A stretch of 62,516 nt of DNA, counting the filler. It is 6 parts of 6 records of this genome, joined end to end, with 100 filler letters (N's around TTAATTAATTAA, not from the genome) between each part and the next. Parts side by side here need not be neighbours in the genome. Positions count along the whole stretch, not along the records: positions 23,000 to 49,792 come from DRR723986_23477; 5 more parts are not named here. One strand, 5' to 3'. This document shows positions 30,902-40,228 of this stretch, in pieces. The translations under genes and the position numbers were made by a program. The stretch's first letter is position 1. Every line of letters starts with the position of its first letter. A model generated the notes under the pieces. It saw only the letters and a list, made by a program, of their open reading frames with translations. It ran no database searches and was not told where the DNA came from.

Positions 30902-31833
30902 TGAAATACAGCTTAATTTTAAGCATATTATTATTGATCTCTTCATGTTCTGGTAGCACAGAACATGAAGAAATTGGTGAAACAGCCGATTCTAGCGCTG
31001 TTACACTTTTCACGTTTGATACATATAACGAAAAAATAAGCTATTGTATCGGTTTAGACCATGCTAGAGGTTGTTACAACGCATACAGCGCGCAAAATGT
31101 AGCCGACAAATTCAATATTAGACAAATTGAGTTTGGAATGATTGATTATTTAGCTGGAAATGATCTCAGAATATCATTTCTTGATAAAGACAGCTTGCTA
31201 GATTTATACCTATTAGAATCTGGGGAAGTTGATGATTCTCAAATTTCATTAGTAGACGCAAGTTATTGTGTTGGTTTAGACGAAGCGTTCACTCTTGTCA
31301 GTTCACTTGTTGGTAGAAAAATTGACCAGACAGTAGATGTAGAATTCATGATAAACGGTGTGAAAGATGGATTCTCAAATACCACTCCGGCAATTCCTTA
31401 TATGGACGCTCGAAGAGAAATGGAAAAATATTATTCTGACCTCAATAAAACCAATGGAGCACAGTTCTTAGCCGAAAACAAATTGTACGAGGGGGTAATA
31501 GAAACTGAATCTGGATTACAATATGAAATCATCAAAGTAGGCACAGGCAAAAGCCCAAACATCACCGATTCAGTTACCATTCATTATACCGGAAGACATA
31601 TTGACGGGCGAGTCTTTGAAACAACTGTACCTTCAAACATACCTTACCAAGGCTCTCTCATGAGCGTTATCTTAGGTTGGCAAGAAGGAGTTATGTTGAT
31701 GAAAGAAGGTGGTCAGAGCAGACTTTATATTCCTTATACACTTGCATATGGAGAACAAGGCAAAGGAAGAATTGAACCCTACTCTACCCTTATTTTTGAT
31801 ATTGAACTGTTAGAAGTTAAACGCTTTCACTAG
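30901..31833 (+). CDS. FKBP-type PPIase lipoprotein with a duplicated FKBP N-terminal domain
   Basis: Lipobox LISSC. Two SYCxGLD segments. C-terminal FKBP domain (VTIHYTG, VILGWQEG, LAYG). Confidence 0.85.
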   Translation: MKYSLILSILLLISSCSGSTEHEEIGETADSSAVTLFTFDTYNEKISYCIGLDHARGCYNAYSAQNVADKFNIRQIEFGMIDYLAGNDLRISFLDKDSLLDLYLLESGEVDDSQISLVDASYCVGLDEAFTLVSSLVGRKIDQTVDVEFMINGVKDGFSNTTPAIPYMDARREMEKYYSDLNKTNGAQFLAENKLYEGVIETESGLQYEIIKVGTGKSPNITDSVTIHYTGRHIDGRVFETTVPSNIPYQGSLMSVILGWQEGVMLMKEGGQSRLYIPYTLAYGEQGKGRIEPYSTLIFDIELLEVKRFH

Positions 31834-32731
31834 TCTTTTTTCCTAGGGCTGAACGAAACAAATCCTTCATCTTTTCAATTTGATGACCATCCAAAAAGAG
31901 GATGTAGGAAATTATCATAATTGCGCCAAAAGTAAACAACCCCATTCCAAAAGCAATACCGAGATGAAACAAAGCACCAATCAGTAAAAATGGAATCTTA
32001 ATTTTCTTGAACCAAACTAATAACGGAAATAAAATCTGATAAGCTAGTGTCAGATAGGTAGCAATCATAGACAGAATGAGATTTTCTGAAAAAATTGATT
32101 CAAAAATAAAAGATGAATAAACATCTATTCTTGAGATATACATAATAGCAGATCCTTCATACCAATGGTAATCAAATAATTTGTAAAAGGAACTGAAGAA
32201 ATAAAGCACGCAAACTTGAATTAAAATAATCCAATAAAAGGTATTGTTCAGTATCTGTTGCAGATTATAAAAAGGACCTGATTTACTTTTAGATTTTTGA
32301 ATAAAAATTAAATAGAATAGAATTAAATTAACCAATACTTCTCCACCAGTAAATGCTAAATAACCTTTTAAAAAGAGATTAACGGTAAAAAAATAAATCA
32401 TTATTGATGAAATAATCGGAAGCTTCCTTAGCAATCCCATTGTCAAAAATATTAACTGGCCAACTATAAAAACGATATACATCCAGTCATAAAGGGTCAT
32501 GGCCGGATGACTTAAGAAATTGACAAGACCGTAACTTCCTTGTTTCAAGAATGGAATATTAGTATTCCACCCTCTTGTACCTACGGTCCCATAGTATCCA
32601 AATAAATCTTCAGCTATCGGCAATAAGGTCAGCGTATTCAGGATTAAAAAAACGTATAAAACAGACCTAAAGAATTCTATCTTTTGATATTGTTGAAAAG
32701 GACTTGTTAAATTCGTAATTACTCTGATCAT
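31817..32731 (-). CDS. HTTM-domain membrane protein (SdpB / vitamin-K-dependent carboxylase-like)
   Basis: Multi-TM. QVCVLYFFSSFYKLFDYHWYEGSA and LFHLGIAFGMGLFTFGAIM are HTTM signatures. Confidence 0.8.
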   Translation of the reverse strand: MIRVITNLTSPFQQYQKIEFFRSVLYVFLILNTLTLLPIAEDLFGYYGTVGTRGWNTNIPFLKQGSYGLVNFLSHPAMTLYDWMYIVFIVGQLIFLTMGLLRKLPIISSIMIYFFTVNLFLKGYLAFTGGEVLVNLILFYLIFIQKSKSKSGPFYNLQQILNNTFYWIILIQVCVLYFFSSFYKLFDYHWYEGSAIMYISRIDVYSSFIFESIFSENLILSMIATYLTLAYQILFPLLVWFKKIKIPFLLIGALFHLGIAFGMGLFTFGAIMIISYILFLDGHQIEKMKDLFRSALGKKTSESV

Positions 32732-33303
32732 TTCGAATCTAATTTAATTCTTGGAATCTTTAATGCTCCCTTTTCCTCTGTTTCAACATTCTCTAATTCG
32801 CAACGCATCTCACAGTAAGTTACGTTCTCAAAATTAATATTTCTTGATGTCCCTCTGGCATAACGACAGAGCAGAATATAGCTATACCCCTCTTTGAAAA
32901 ACTTAAGTTTATCGTCCGGAATGGGTTCATCCAACTTTAAATTCAAATCAAAAACATCTGCACTCACCCAGTGAATTAAGTTAGATTCAAGAAGAGCAAC
33001 CTCTCCCAAATGAGTAACTCGCAGCCATCTATGCCAGAAAACAGCCTCCTCTGCTGGTCTTATCCATTCGGTAGAATCCGTGTCTGAATAAAATTTCATA
33101 TAAATTCCTCCGTCTATAACAGGACAGGGAGCAAACATTGCCCATTGTTGCTCAAATAGAGGGTCAACATAAGGACTAACTACCTTTTTTAATTCAGGTG
33201 AAATTCTGTTGGAGGGAAAAGCGAAAACAAAAATGAATGCGAAATGAAACAGTATAAAGACAAACGCAATCCAACCGGCGATTATTTTATTTCTTTCACT
33301 CAC
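32728..33303 (-). CDS. DUF5819 / SdpA-like protein
   Basis: N-terminal TM helix containing FH, then YVDPLFEQQWAMFAPCP. ATGA overlap with the HTTM gene. Confidence 0.72.
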   Translation of the reverse strand: MSERNKIIAGWIAFVFILFHFAFIFVFAFPSNRISPELKKVVSPYVDPLFEQQWAMFAPCPVIDGGIYMKFYSDTDSTEWIRPAEEAVFWHRWLRVTHLGEVALLESNLIHWVSADVFDLNLKLDEPIPDDKLKFFKEGYSYILLCRYARGTSRNINFENVTYCEMRCELENVETEEKGALKIPRIKLDSK

Positions 33304-33350
33304 AAAATATTCTGTTATATCTTTTAAATTTGTTACAAATTAAGCATATT

Positions 33351-34625
33351 ATGTCAAGTAAAATTTCAAATTCTGCCAACTCATGGGTAGAAGTTTCAAA
33401 AAAATCAGATTTTCCAATACAAAATATTCCATTCGGAGTTTTTCAATCGCCAAATCACAGCCCAAGGGTTGCCAGTGCAATTGGCGATTTTGCTATCGAT
33501 TTAAAGGTACTTTTTGAAGCGAATATATTGAACGGTTTGGGATTTGATATGTCAGATTTCGACACGAATTTCTTGAACAATATGATGCGTCATGGAAAAT
33601 CAGGAACCAGAAAACTGAGAGAACGTATTTACGATTTGTTGCTCGATTCAAATATCGAACTTCAATCGAATCATGAATTAGCAAAAAGAGTATTGGTTCC
33701 AATCCAAGATATTGAAATGATGCTACCAATAGAATCTCGAGATTACACTGATTTCTATTCAAGCGAACAGCACGCCTTTAATGTAGGTTGCTTATTTAGA
33801 GATCCTGAAAATGCACTACTCCCGAATTGGAAGCACATTCCTGTGGGATACCACGGTAGAGCATCATCAATCATTGTTTCTGGTCAAGATATTGTGAGAC
33901 CCAAAGGTCAAAAAAAGCCACCAACGGCAGAAGTACCAACTTTTGGACCTTCAAATCTCTTAGACTTTGAATTAGAAACTGTTTTCTTTACATATCAAGG
34001 AAAACCTTTAGGTGAATCAATTAAAACAGATGAAGCTGATGACTATATTTTTGGAATGGCTTTATTCAATGATTGGTCGGCAAGAGATATTCAAGGCTGG
34101 GAATATGTTCCGCTAGGCCCATTCTTAGGGAAAAACTTTGCTTCTTCGGTTTCTCCATGGATTGTCACCTTAGACGCTTTAGAGCAATTTAGAATTCCTG
34201 GCCCTAAGCAAGAACCGAAAGTCCTTCCATATCTAGAGTATTCTGGAGATAAACATATCGATATTAACCTAGATGTAATTATTCAACCTGAAAATGGTGA
34301 AGAGAACATTGTAGGACAATCAAATTATAAATACATGTACTGGAACATGAACCAGCAATTGGCACATCATTCAGTAAACGGGTGCAACATTTGTTTGGGG
34401 GATGCCATGGGTTCTGGGACCATTTCAGGACCTAATGAAGGAGAATACGGCTCAATGCTTGAAATCTCGTGGAAAGGTACCAAACCTTTTAAAATGTCAG
34501 ATGGCACAGAAAGAAAATTCTTGCAGGATGGAGACACAGTGATTATGAGAGGAAATTGCCAAAATAGTGATGTGAGAATCGGGTTTGGTGAAGTAAGGAC
34601 TAAAATTTTACCAGCAAATGACTAA
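33351..34625 (+). CDS. fahA: Fumarylacetoacetase
   Basis: SDFPIQNIPFG, DYTDFYSS..HA, PVGYHGRASS, LDFELE and NDWSARDIQ.WEYVPLGPF. Confidence 0.95.
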   Translation: MSSKISNSANSWVEVSKKSDFPIQNIPFGVFQSPNHSPRVASAIGDFAIDLKVLFEANILNGLGFDMSDFDTNFLNNMMRHGKSGTRKLRERIYDLLLDSNIELQSNHELAKRVLVPIQDIEMMLPIESRDYTDFYSSEQHAFNVGCLFRDPENALLPNWKHIPVGYHGRASSIIVSGQDIVRPKGQKKPPTAEVPTFGPSNLLDFELETVFFTYQGKPLGESIKTDEADDYIFGMALFNDWSARDIQGWEYVPLGPFLGKNFASSVSPWIVTLDALEQFRIPGPKQEPKVLPYLEYSGDKHIDINLDVIIQPENGEENIVGQSNYKYMYWNMNQQLAHHSVNGCNICLGDAMGSGTISGPNEGEYGSMLEISWKGTKPFKMSDGTERKFLQDGDTVIMRGNCQNSDVRIGFGEVRTKILPAND

Positions 34626-35886
34626 GTTTTTTTCGATTGTATTCGCCTTATTATTAATCAATGTAGTTGTCTATAGTCAGAAGCATGTGGCTTATTATGA
34701 CAATGGTAATTTATTGGAGACAGGTAAATACAAAAAAGGTGAGCCAACAGGTAAATGGACCTACTATTTTGACAATAATCAAATAGAATCAGAAGGGAAA
34801 TTCAAAAAGGGCGTTAAAACAGGAACGTGGAGTTATTATTGGAGAACAGGTGAATTAGCTGAACAAGGAACTTGGACTGATGGAAAAGAAACTGGTGAAT
34901 GGAAAGGATTCCATCAAAATGGTCAAATCAGTTATATCGGGATTTATGAAGACGGATTAGAAACTGGGAAATGGACTTTTTACCATGAAAACGGTCAAGT
35001 TAAAGAAGTTGGCGAATATGTGGTAGGTGAACAAGAAGGAACTTGGAAACTCTATTATGACAACGGACAATTGCATAAAGAAGGAATTTATGCACGAAAT
35101 GAGCTAGACGGCATTTGGAAATCTTATTATGAAGATGGAACTATTGAAAAGGTTGGCACTTGGGACCATGGTGTTCAACACGGAGTTTGGACCTATTATG
35201 ACAAATTTGGTAATCCAACAGACAAAGGAAATTGGAACAGAGGTAAACAAGATGGATTCTGGGAATATTATTATCCTTCAGGAAAAGTAGACCGCCAAGG
35301 AAATTGGAAAAACGGAGAACAAGTTGGGGTTTGGACTTATTTATATGAGAACGGAACAGTTAAAGAAAAAGGTGAATGGAAAAGCGGAATGCAATTCGGA
35401 GAATGGTCATATTATCATGAAAATGGCGTACTCAAAGAAAAAGGAGATTGGGCGAATAAATTTCAAACGGGAGTTTGGAAATACTATTCCGAAACTGGTA
35501 AACTCGTTAAAACCGGAAAATGGAAAAATGGTCATGCCACAGGTGAATGGATAAATTATTGGGAAAACGGTGAAATCGAAAGTACCGGATCTTATCTTAG
35601 AGGAAAGCGTGAAGGCTTATGGAAGTATTATAGAAAGGACGGAAGTCTGGAAGAAAAAGGAATCTGGGAAAGCTCCATTCAAGAAGGGATTTGGAGTTAT
35701 TATCGTCCTGACGGGTCCTTAGAAGAAACTGGGCCTTGGAGAAATTCTGAGCAACACGGTCAGTGGAAATATTTTTATCCAAACGGTAAATTAGAATGGG
35801 TCGGCAGATGGAACAGAGGAAAAAAAGAGGGAGAGTGGATCAATTACGATACAAGAGGTAAAATTAAATCGACTCAGCGATATTAA
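34618..35886 (+). CDS. Exported MORN-variant (YwqK-like) repeat protein, about 16 repeats of 24 aa
   Basis: Signal peptide, then repeated G-x-W-x-Y-Y-x-x-N-G-x-L-x-E-x-G-x-W/Y units. Confidence 0.88.
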   Translation: MTKFFSIVFALLLINVVVYSQKHVAYYDNGNLLETGKYKKGEPTGKWTYYFDNNQIESEGKFKKGVKTGTWSYYWRTGELAEQGTWTDGKETGEWKGFHQNGQISYIGIYEDGLETGKWTFYHENGQVKEVGEYVVGEQEGTWKLYYDNGQLHKEGIYARNELDGIWKSYYEDGTIEKVGTWDHGVQHGVWTYYDKFGNPTDKGNWNRGKQDGFWEYYYPSGKVDRQGNWKNGEQVGVWTYLYENGTVKEKGEWKSGMQFGEWSYYHENGVLKEKGDWANKFQTGVWKYYSETGKLVKTGKWKNGHATGEWINYWENGEIESTGSYLRGKREGLWKYYRKDGSLEEKGIWESSIQEGIWSYYRPDGSLEETGPWRNSEQHGQWKYFYPNGKLEWVGRWNRGKKEGEWINYDTRGKIKSTQRY

Positions 35887-35888
35887 AT

Positions 35889-38102
35889 ATGGTGGATAAG
35901 CAAGAAATAGATTTAGATCAAGAGAGGAATGAAATTCTGAATGCTTATCGTGGCTTATTGAGAGCCAGTAAAAATTATCGTGATAAAAACGACACCCAGC
36001 TAATTAGAAAAGCTTTCGATATTGCGGTAGACGCTCATAACGATATGAGACGTAAATCGGGCGAACCCTACATTTACCATCCAATCGCAGTAGCAAGAAT
36101 TTGTGTTGAAGAAATGGGCTTAGGTACAACTGCAATTGTCTGTGCTTTACTACATGATACCGTTGAAGACACCCACATTACCTTAAATGATATTGAAGAA
36201 CATTTTGGACATAAAGTGAGAACTATCATTGATGGCCTTACAAAAATTCCAGAAGTTTTTGATGATAACATCTCGCTTCAAGCGGAAAATTTCAGAAAGT
36301 TAATTTTAACCATTTCGGATGATCTTCGTGTGACGTTTATTAAAATGGCTGACCGTCTGCACAACATGAGAACGCTTGATTCTATGCGTCCAGACAAACG
36401 ATTGAAAATCTGTTCTGAAACCGAATTTCTTTACGCACCATTGGCACATAGATTGGGTTTCAATGCCATCAAAACAGAATTTGAAGACATCATTTTCAAA
36501 TACAAAGAACCTTCAATCTATGAACAAATTGAGCTCAAGCTCGAAAAAACAAAAGAAGTACGAAACAGGTTTATCCGCCAGTTTACAAATCCTATAAAAT
36601 CAAGACTGGATGATGAATTAGCCAATTACAGCATAAAAGCTAGAACCAAAAGTATTCCGTCCATATTCAAAAAAATACAGAATAAGCACGTCACATTTGA
36701 TGAAATCTACGACATATTTGCCATTCGAATTATCGTAGATGTACCTTTTGAAGAAGAAAAACCTGCCTGCTGGAAAATTTATTCAATTGTTACCGATTAT
36801 TACCAGCCAAATCCTGACAGATTAAGAGACTGGGTATCCACACCAAAAGCCAATGGATATGAATCATTGCATACAACTGTAATGAGCCCAAGTGGTAAAT
36901 GGGTTGAAGTGCAAATTCGAACCAAGCGAATGGATGAAATTGCAGAGAAGGGTTATGCAGCTCACTGGAAATACAAAGACAATACTGCTCAAGATAACAC
37001 CTTCGATAGGTGGGTAGGTGAAGTTAGAGCCTTACTCGAAAATCCTGATATCAATGCAGAAGACTTTATTGATGAATTCAAATTGAATTTATTCAATGAT
37101 GAAATCTACATATTCACCCCAAAAGGTGATTTGCGTGTACTACCAAAAAATTCGACAACACTTGATTTTGCCTTCGATATTCACACTGATATCGGAATGA
37201 CTTGCATAGGGGCCAAAGTGAACGGTAAATTAATGCCACTCAGCCATGTGCTAGAAAGTGGCGATCAGGTTGAAATCATCACCTCAAGTAAGCAAAAACC
37301 TAAAGAAGATTGGCTCAAATTCGTGGCTTCTGCTAGAGCAAAATCCAAAATTAAGGCGGCTCTCAAAGAGGAAATGAAAAAAATTGCTGCTGATGGAAAA
37401 GAGATTTTACAGAGAAAACTAAGATCATTAAAAGTAAACTGGAGCAGCGAAAACATCCAAGCTTTAGAACGATTTTATAAGATTCACGGATCAACAGAAT
37501 TCTATTTCCAAATTGCTAAAGGCAAAATTGACTTGTCCAAAATCAGGCAGCTTGAAATAAAAAATTACAACTTCTTAGCGCCTAAAAAAACAAAGTCTAA
37601 AGATAGCTCCGAAGAAAAAGTGATGCAAGAGATCATCTCTGGCGTGAACAGTAAAAAAGACACCATTGTTATTGGCGAAAATTTTAAAGAATTTGAATAT
37701 AAATTGGCTAACTGTTGTACGCCGATTCCTGGTGATAATGTATTTGGATTTATTACTGCAACAGATGGCATTAAAATTCACCGAACGAATTGCCCCAATG
37801 CCACTCAACTCATGTCAAACTATGCTTACCGAATTCTTAAAGCAACATGGCAAAGTAATCGAATTAAAGAACGATTAACGGCACTTTCAATTACCGGATT
37901 AGATGATATTGGAATTGTAAACTCAATTACGAATATTGTGTCGGGAGTTCATGGAGTAAATATGAAATCGATATCGTTTGAATCAGAAGATGGTCTTTTT
38001 GAAGGCAAAATTCAACTCTTTGTATATGATACGGAGCAACTGGATGAGCTGATTTTGAAATTTGAGCAAATTGAAGGTGTAAAGCAAGTTACCCGAATAT
38101 AA
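35889..38102 (+). CDS. relA: Long RelA/SpoT (p)ppGpp synthetase/hydrolase
   Basis: RKSGEPY, HDTVED hydrolase motif, KANGYESLHT, EVQIRT, TGS (DFAFDIHT), CC and ACT domains. Confidence 0.95.
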   Translation: MVDKQEIDLDQERNEILNAYRGLLRASKNYRDKNDTQLIRKAFDIAVDAHNDMRRKSGEPYIYHPIAVARICVEEMGLGTTAIVCALLHDTVEDTHITLNDIEEHFGHKVRTIIDGLTKIPEVFDDNISLQAENFRKLILTISDDLRVTFIKMADRLHNMRTLDSMRPDKRLKICSETEFLYAPLAHRLGFNAIKTEFEDIIFKYKEPSIYEQIELKLEKTKEVRNRFIRQFTNPIKSRLDDELANYSIKARTKSIPSIFKKIQNKHVTFDEIYDIFAIRIIVDVPFEEEKPACWKIYSIVTDYYQPNPDRLRDWVSTPKANGYESLHTTVMSPSGKWVEVQIRTKRMDEIAEKGYAAHWKYKDNTAQDNTFDRWVGEVRALLENPDINAEDFIDEFKLNLFNDEIYIFTPKGDLRVLPKNSTTLDFAFDIHTDIGMTCIGAKVNGKLMPLSHVLESGDQVEIITSSKQKPKEDWLKFVASARAKSKIKAALKEEMKKIAADGKEILQRKLRSLKVNWSSENIQALERFYKIHGSTEFYFQIAKGKIDLSKIRQLEIKNYNFLAPKKTKSKDSSEEKVMQEIISGVNSKKDTIVIGENFKEFEYKLANCCTPIPGDNVFGFITATDGIKIHRTNCPNATQLMSNYAYRILKATWQSNRIKERLTALSITGLDDIGIVNSITNIVSGVHGVNMKSISFESEDGLFEGKIQLFVYDTEQLDELILKFEQIEGVKQVTRI

Positions 38103-38154
38103 ATTTAATGTATAATTCTTTGTATCTTTGTCATACGCTCAGCCGCGTAAATCC

Positions 38155-38613
38155 ATGAATATGGAAAAAGAAGAACTTCAAGAAACCGTCAAAAATATTT
38201 TTTCGAATTTTCTCGAAAAAAACGGCCACAGAAAAACACCAGAAAGATTTGCTATTCTAGCAGAAATCTATGCCCATAAAGGACATTTTGATATTGAGTC
38301 TTTATATGTTAATATGAAGAACAAGAATTATCGAGTAAGTAGAGCAACGTTATACAATACTATGGATTTATTGCTCACTTCTAATTTGGTAAGAAAGCAT
38401 CAATTTGACAATATTTCGCAATTTGAAAAGGCTTACGGATTTAGACAGCATGACCACGTGATCTGCACCAACTCTGGAGATGTTATTGAATTCTGTGATC
38501 CAAGAATTGAAAAAATCAAAGCAACAGTTGAAGAACTGTTCAATGTTAAAATTCATAATCACTCTTTGTATTTCTATGGTGAAAGAATCACTGAACAGAA
38601 TTCAGACAAATGA
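38155..38613 (+). CDS. fur: Fur-family transcriptional regulator
   Basis: [19 protein letters not shown] and QHDHVIC motifs. Confidence 0.88.
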   Translation: MNMEKEELQETVKNIFSNFLEKNGHRKTPERFAILAEIYAHKGHFDIESLYVNMKNKNYRVSRATLYNTMDLLLTSNLVRKHQFDNISQFEKAYGFRQHDHVICTNSGDVIEFCDPRIEKIKATVEELFNVKIHNHSLYFYGERITEQNSDK

Positions 38614-38969
38614 GCATAGCATTAAGTACAAGTCATCATATTAATTGTAACGAAATTAAGCTGGACGGCTCAGGACTCACTGAACAGGATTTCGAACCAT
38701 TATTAAAATTGGTTGATGATTACATCAATAATGGTGAATCCAATCTTATAATTAACCTAGATAAAGTAAAACTTTTGAACAGTCTTGGAATCAATTCAAT
38801 GATCAAAATCTTTACTAAATGTAGGAATCAGGGTGGAGACATGTACATTGTTAATATCTCTGATAAAATTAGTCAGGTTCTATTGCTGACTAAACTAAAT
38901 ACAGTTCTTAATATTGCATCTTCGCTAAATGATGCTATAAATAAATTCGCACTAGAGAATGAAAGTTGA
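38610..38969 (+). CDS. STAS-domain protein / anti-sigma-factor antagonist
   Basis: [17 protein letters not shown] with the conserved phospho-acceptor Ser position, and GG..I.N...KI..VL..TKL. Confidence 0.85.
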   Translation: MSIALSTSHHINCNEIKLDGSGLTEQDFEPLLKLVDDYINNGESNLIINLDKVKLLNSLGINSMIKIFTKCRNQGGDMYIVNISDKISQVLLLTKLNTVLNIASSLNDAINKFALENES

Positions 38970-40227
38970 CGTTTTACTTGGATTACAATGGGGAGATGAA
39001 GGAAAAGGGAAAATTGTAGATGTAGTTACCCCTGAATATGATATTATCGCCAGATTCCAAGGCGGACCAAATGCTGGTCACACATTGATTTTTGAAGGTC
39101 AAAAACAAGTCCTGCACACCATTCCATCTGGAATTTTCCGAACGAACTGTAAAAATGTTATCGGCAATGGCGTAGTGATTGACCCAGTTACTCTAAAAGC
39201 CGAAATTGAGGCTATTCAAGCAAAAGGAGTTGATGTTTCTACCAACCTATTGATTTCAAAAAAAGCGCACTTAATTTTACCAACGCACAAGATCTTGGAT
39301 AAAGCCAGTGAAGAAGCAAAAGGTAAAAAGAAAATTGGCTCTACTTTAAAAGGAATCGGCCCAACTTATATGGATAAAACCGGAAGAAACGGTATCCGTA
39401 TGGGAGACACACAATCACCTAACTTTAAAGAAAAATACAATGCGCTCGTTGAAAAACATGTTGGAATTTTAGGTGATTATGATTATCAATCAATTTTATC
39501 AGAAACTGAAGAAACTTGGTTTGACGCCTTAAAATTCTTAAGCAATATTGAACTTATCGATAGCGAACAATACATCAACAATGCCATGCAAAGTGGTAAA
39601 AAAGTATTGGCAGAAGGTGCCCAGGGAACCTTACTTGATATCGATTTTGGAACTTATCCATATGTAACTTCTTCCAATACGGTAACAGCGGGTACTTGTA
39701 CTGGCTTGGGCGTAGCACCTAACAAAATTGGTGATGTAATCGGAATTTTTAAAGCGTATTGTACTCGTGTAGGTTCTGGCCCCTTCCCTACTGAATTAGA
39801 TGATGAAGTAGGTGAAAATATCCGAAAAATTGGTCATGAATACGGCGCCACAACAGGTAGAGATAGAAGATGCGGTTGGATAGATCTTCCAGCATTGAAA
39901 TATGCTTGTATGATCAACGGAACTACAAAACTCTCAATGATGAAGGCGGATGTTCTTGATACTTTTGGCACGATTAAGGTATGTACTCACTATGAAATCA
40001 ATGGAGAAAGAGTAGATTACTTACCATATGATATAACTGATTTAGATATTACACCAGTTTATAAAGATGTTAAAGGTTGGAATAAAGATTTGACCCAATT
40101 ACGTGACTTGAAAGATGCACCACAAGAATTTTTAGACTATATCACATACTTAGAGACTGAATTAAACGTTCCTATCACAATTGTATCTGTAGGACCTGAC
40201 CGTGATCAAACAATAATGAGAAACTGA
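38959..40227 (+). CDS. purA: Adenylosuccinate synthetase
   Basis: GLQWGDEGKGKIVD, QGGPNAGHT, EGAQG and GATTGR.RRCGW. Confidence 0.97.
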   Translation: MKVDVLLGLQWGDEGKGKIVDVVTPEYDIIARFQGGPNAGHTLIFEGQKQVLHTIPSGIFRTNCKNVIGNGVVIDPVTLKAEIEAIQAKGVDVSTNLLISKKAHLILPTHKILDKASEEAKGKKKIGSTLKGIGPTYMDKTGRNGIRMGDTQSPNFKEKYNALVEKHVGILGDYDYQSILSETEETWFDALKFLSNIELIDSEQYINNAMQSGKKVLAEGAQGTLLDIDFGTYPYVTSSNTVTAGTCTGLGVAPNKIGDVIGIFKAYCTRVGSGPFPTELDDEVGENIRKIGHEYGATTGRDRRCGWIDLPALKYACMINGTTKLSMMKADVLDTFGTIKVCTHYEINGERVDYLPYDITDLDITPVYKDVKGWNKDLTQLRDLKDAPQEFLDYITYLETELNVPITIVSVGPDRDQTIMRN

Positions 40228-40228
40228 A

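Noticed and set aside
34618..38102. Toxin-antitoxin module (YwqK-like antitoxin plus alarmone synthetase toxin)
   Set aside because: The RelA/SpoT protein is a full-length housekeeping enzyme with an intact HD motif. The MORN protein is exported and has no adjacent toxin.
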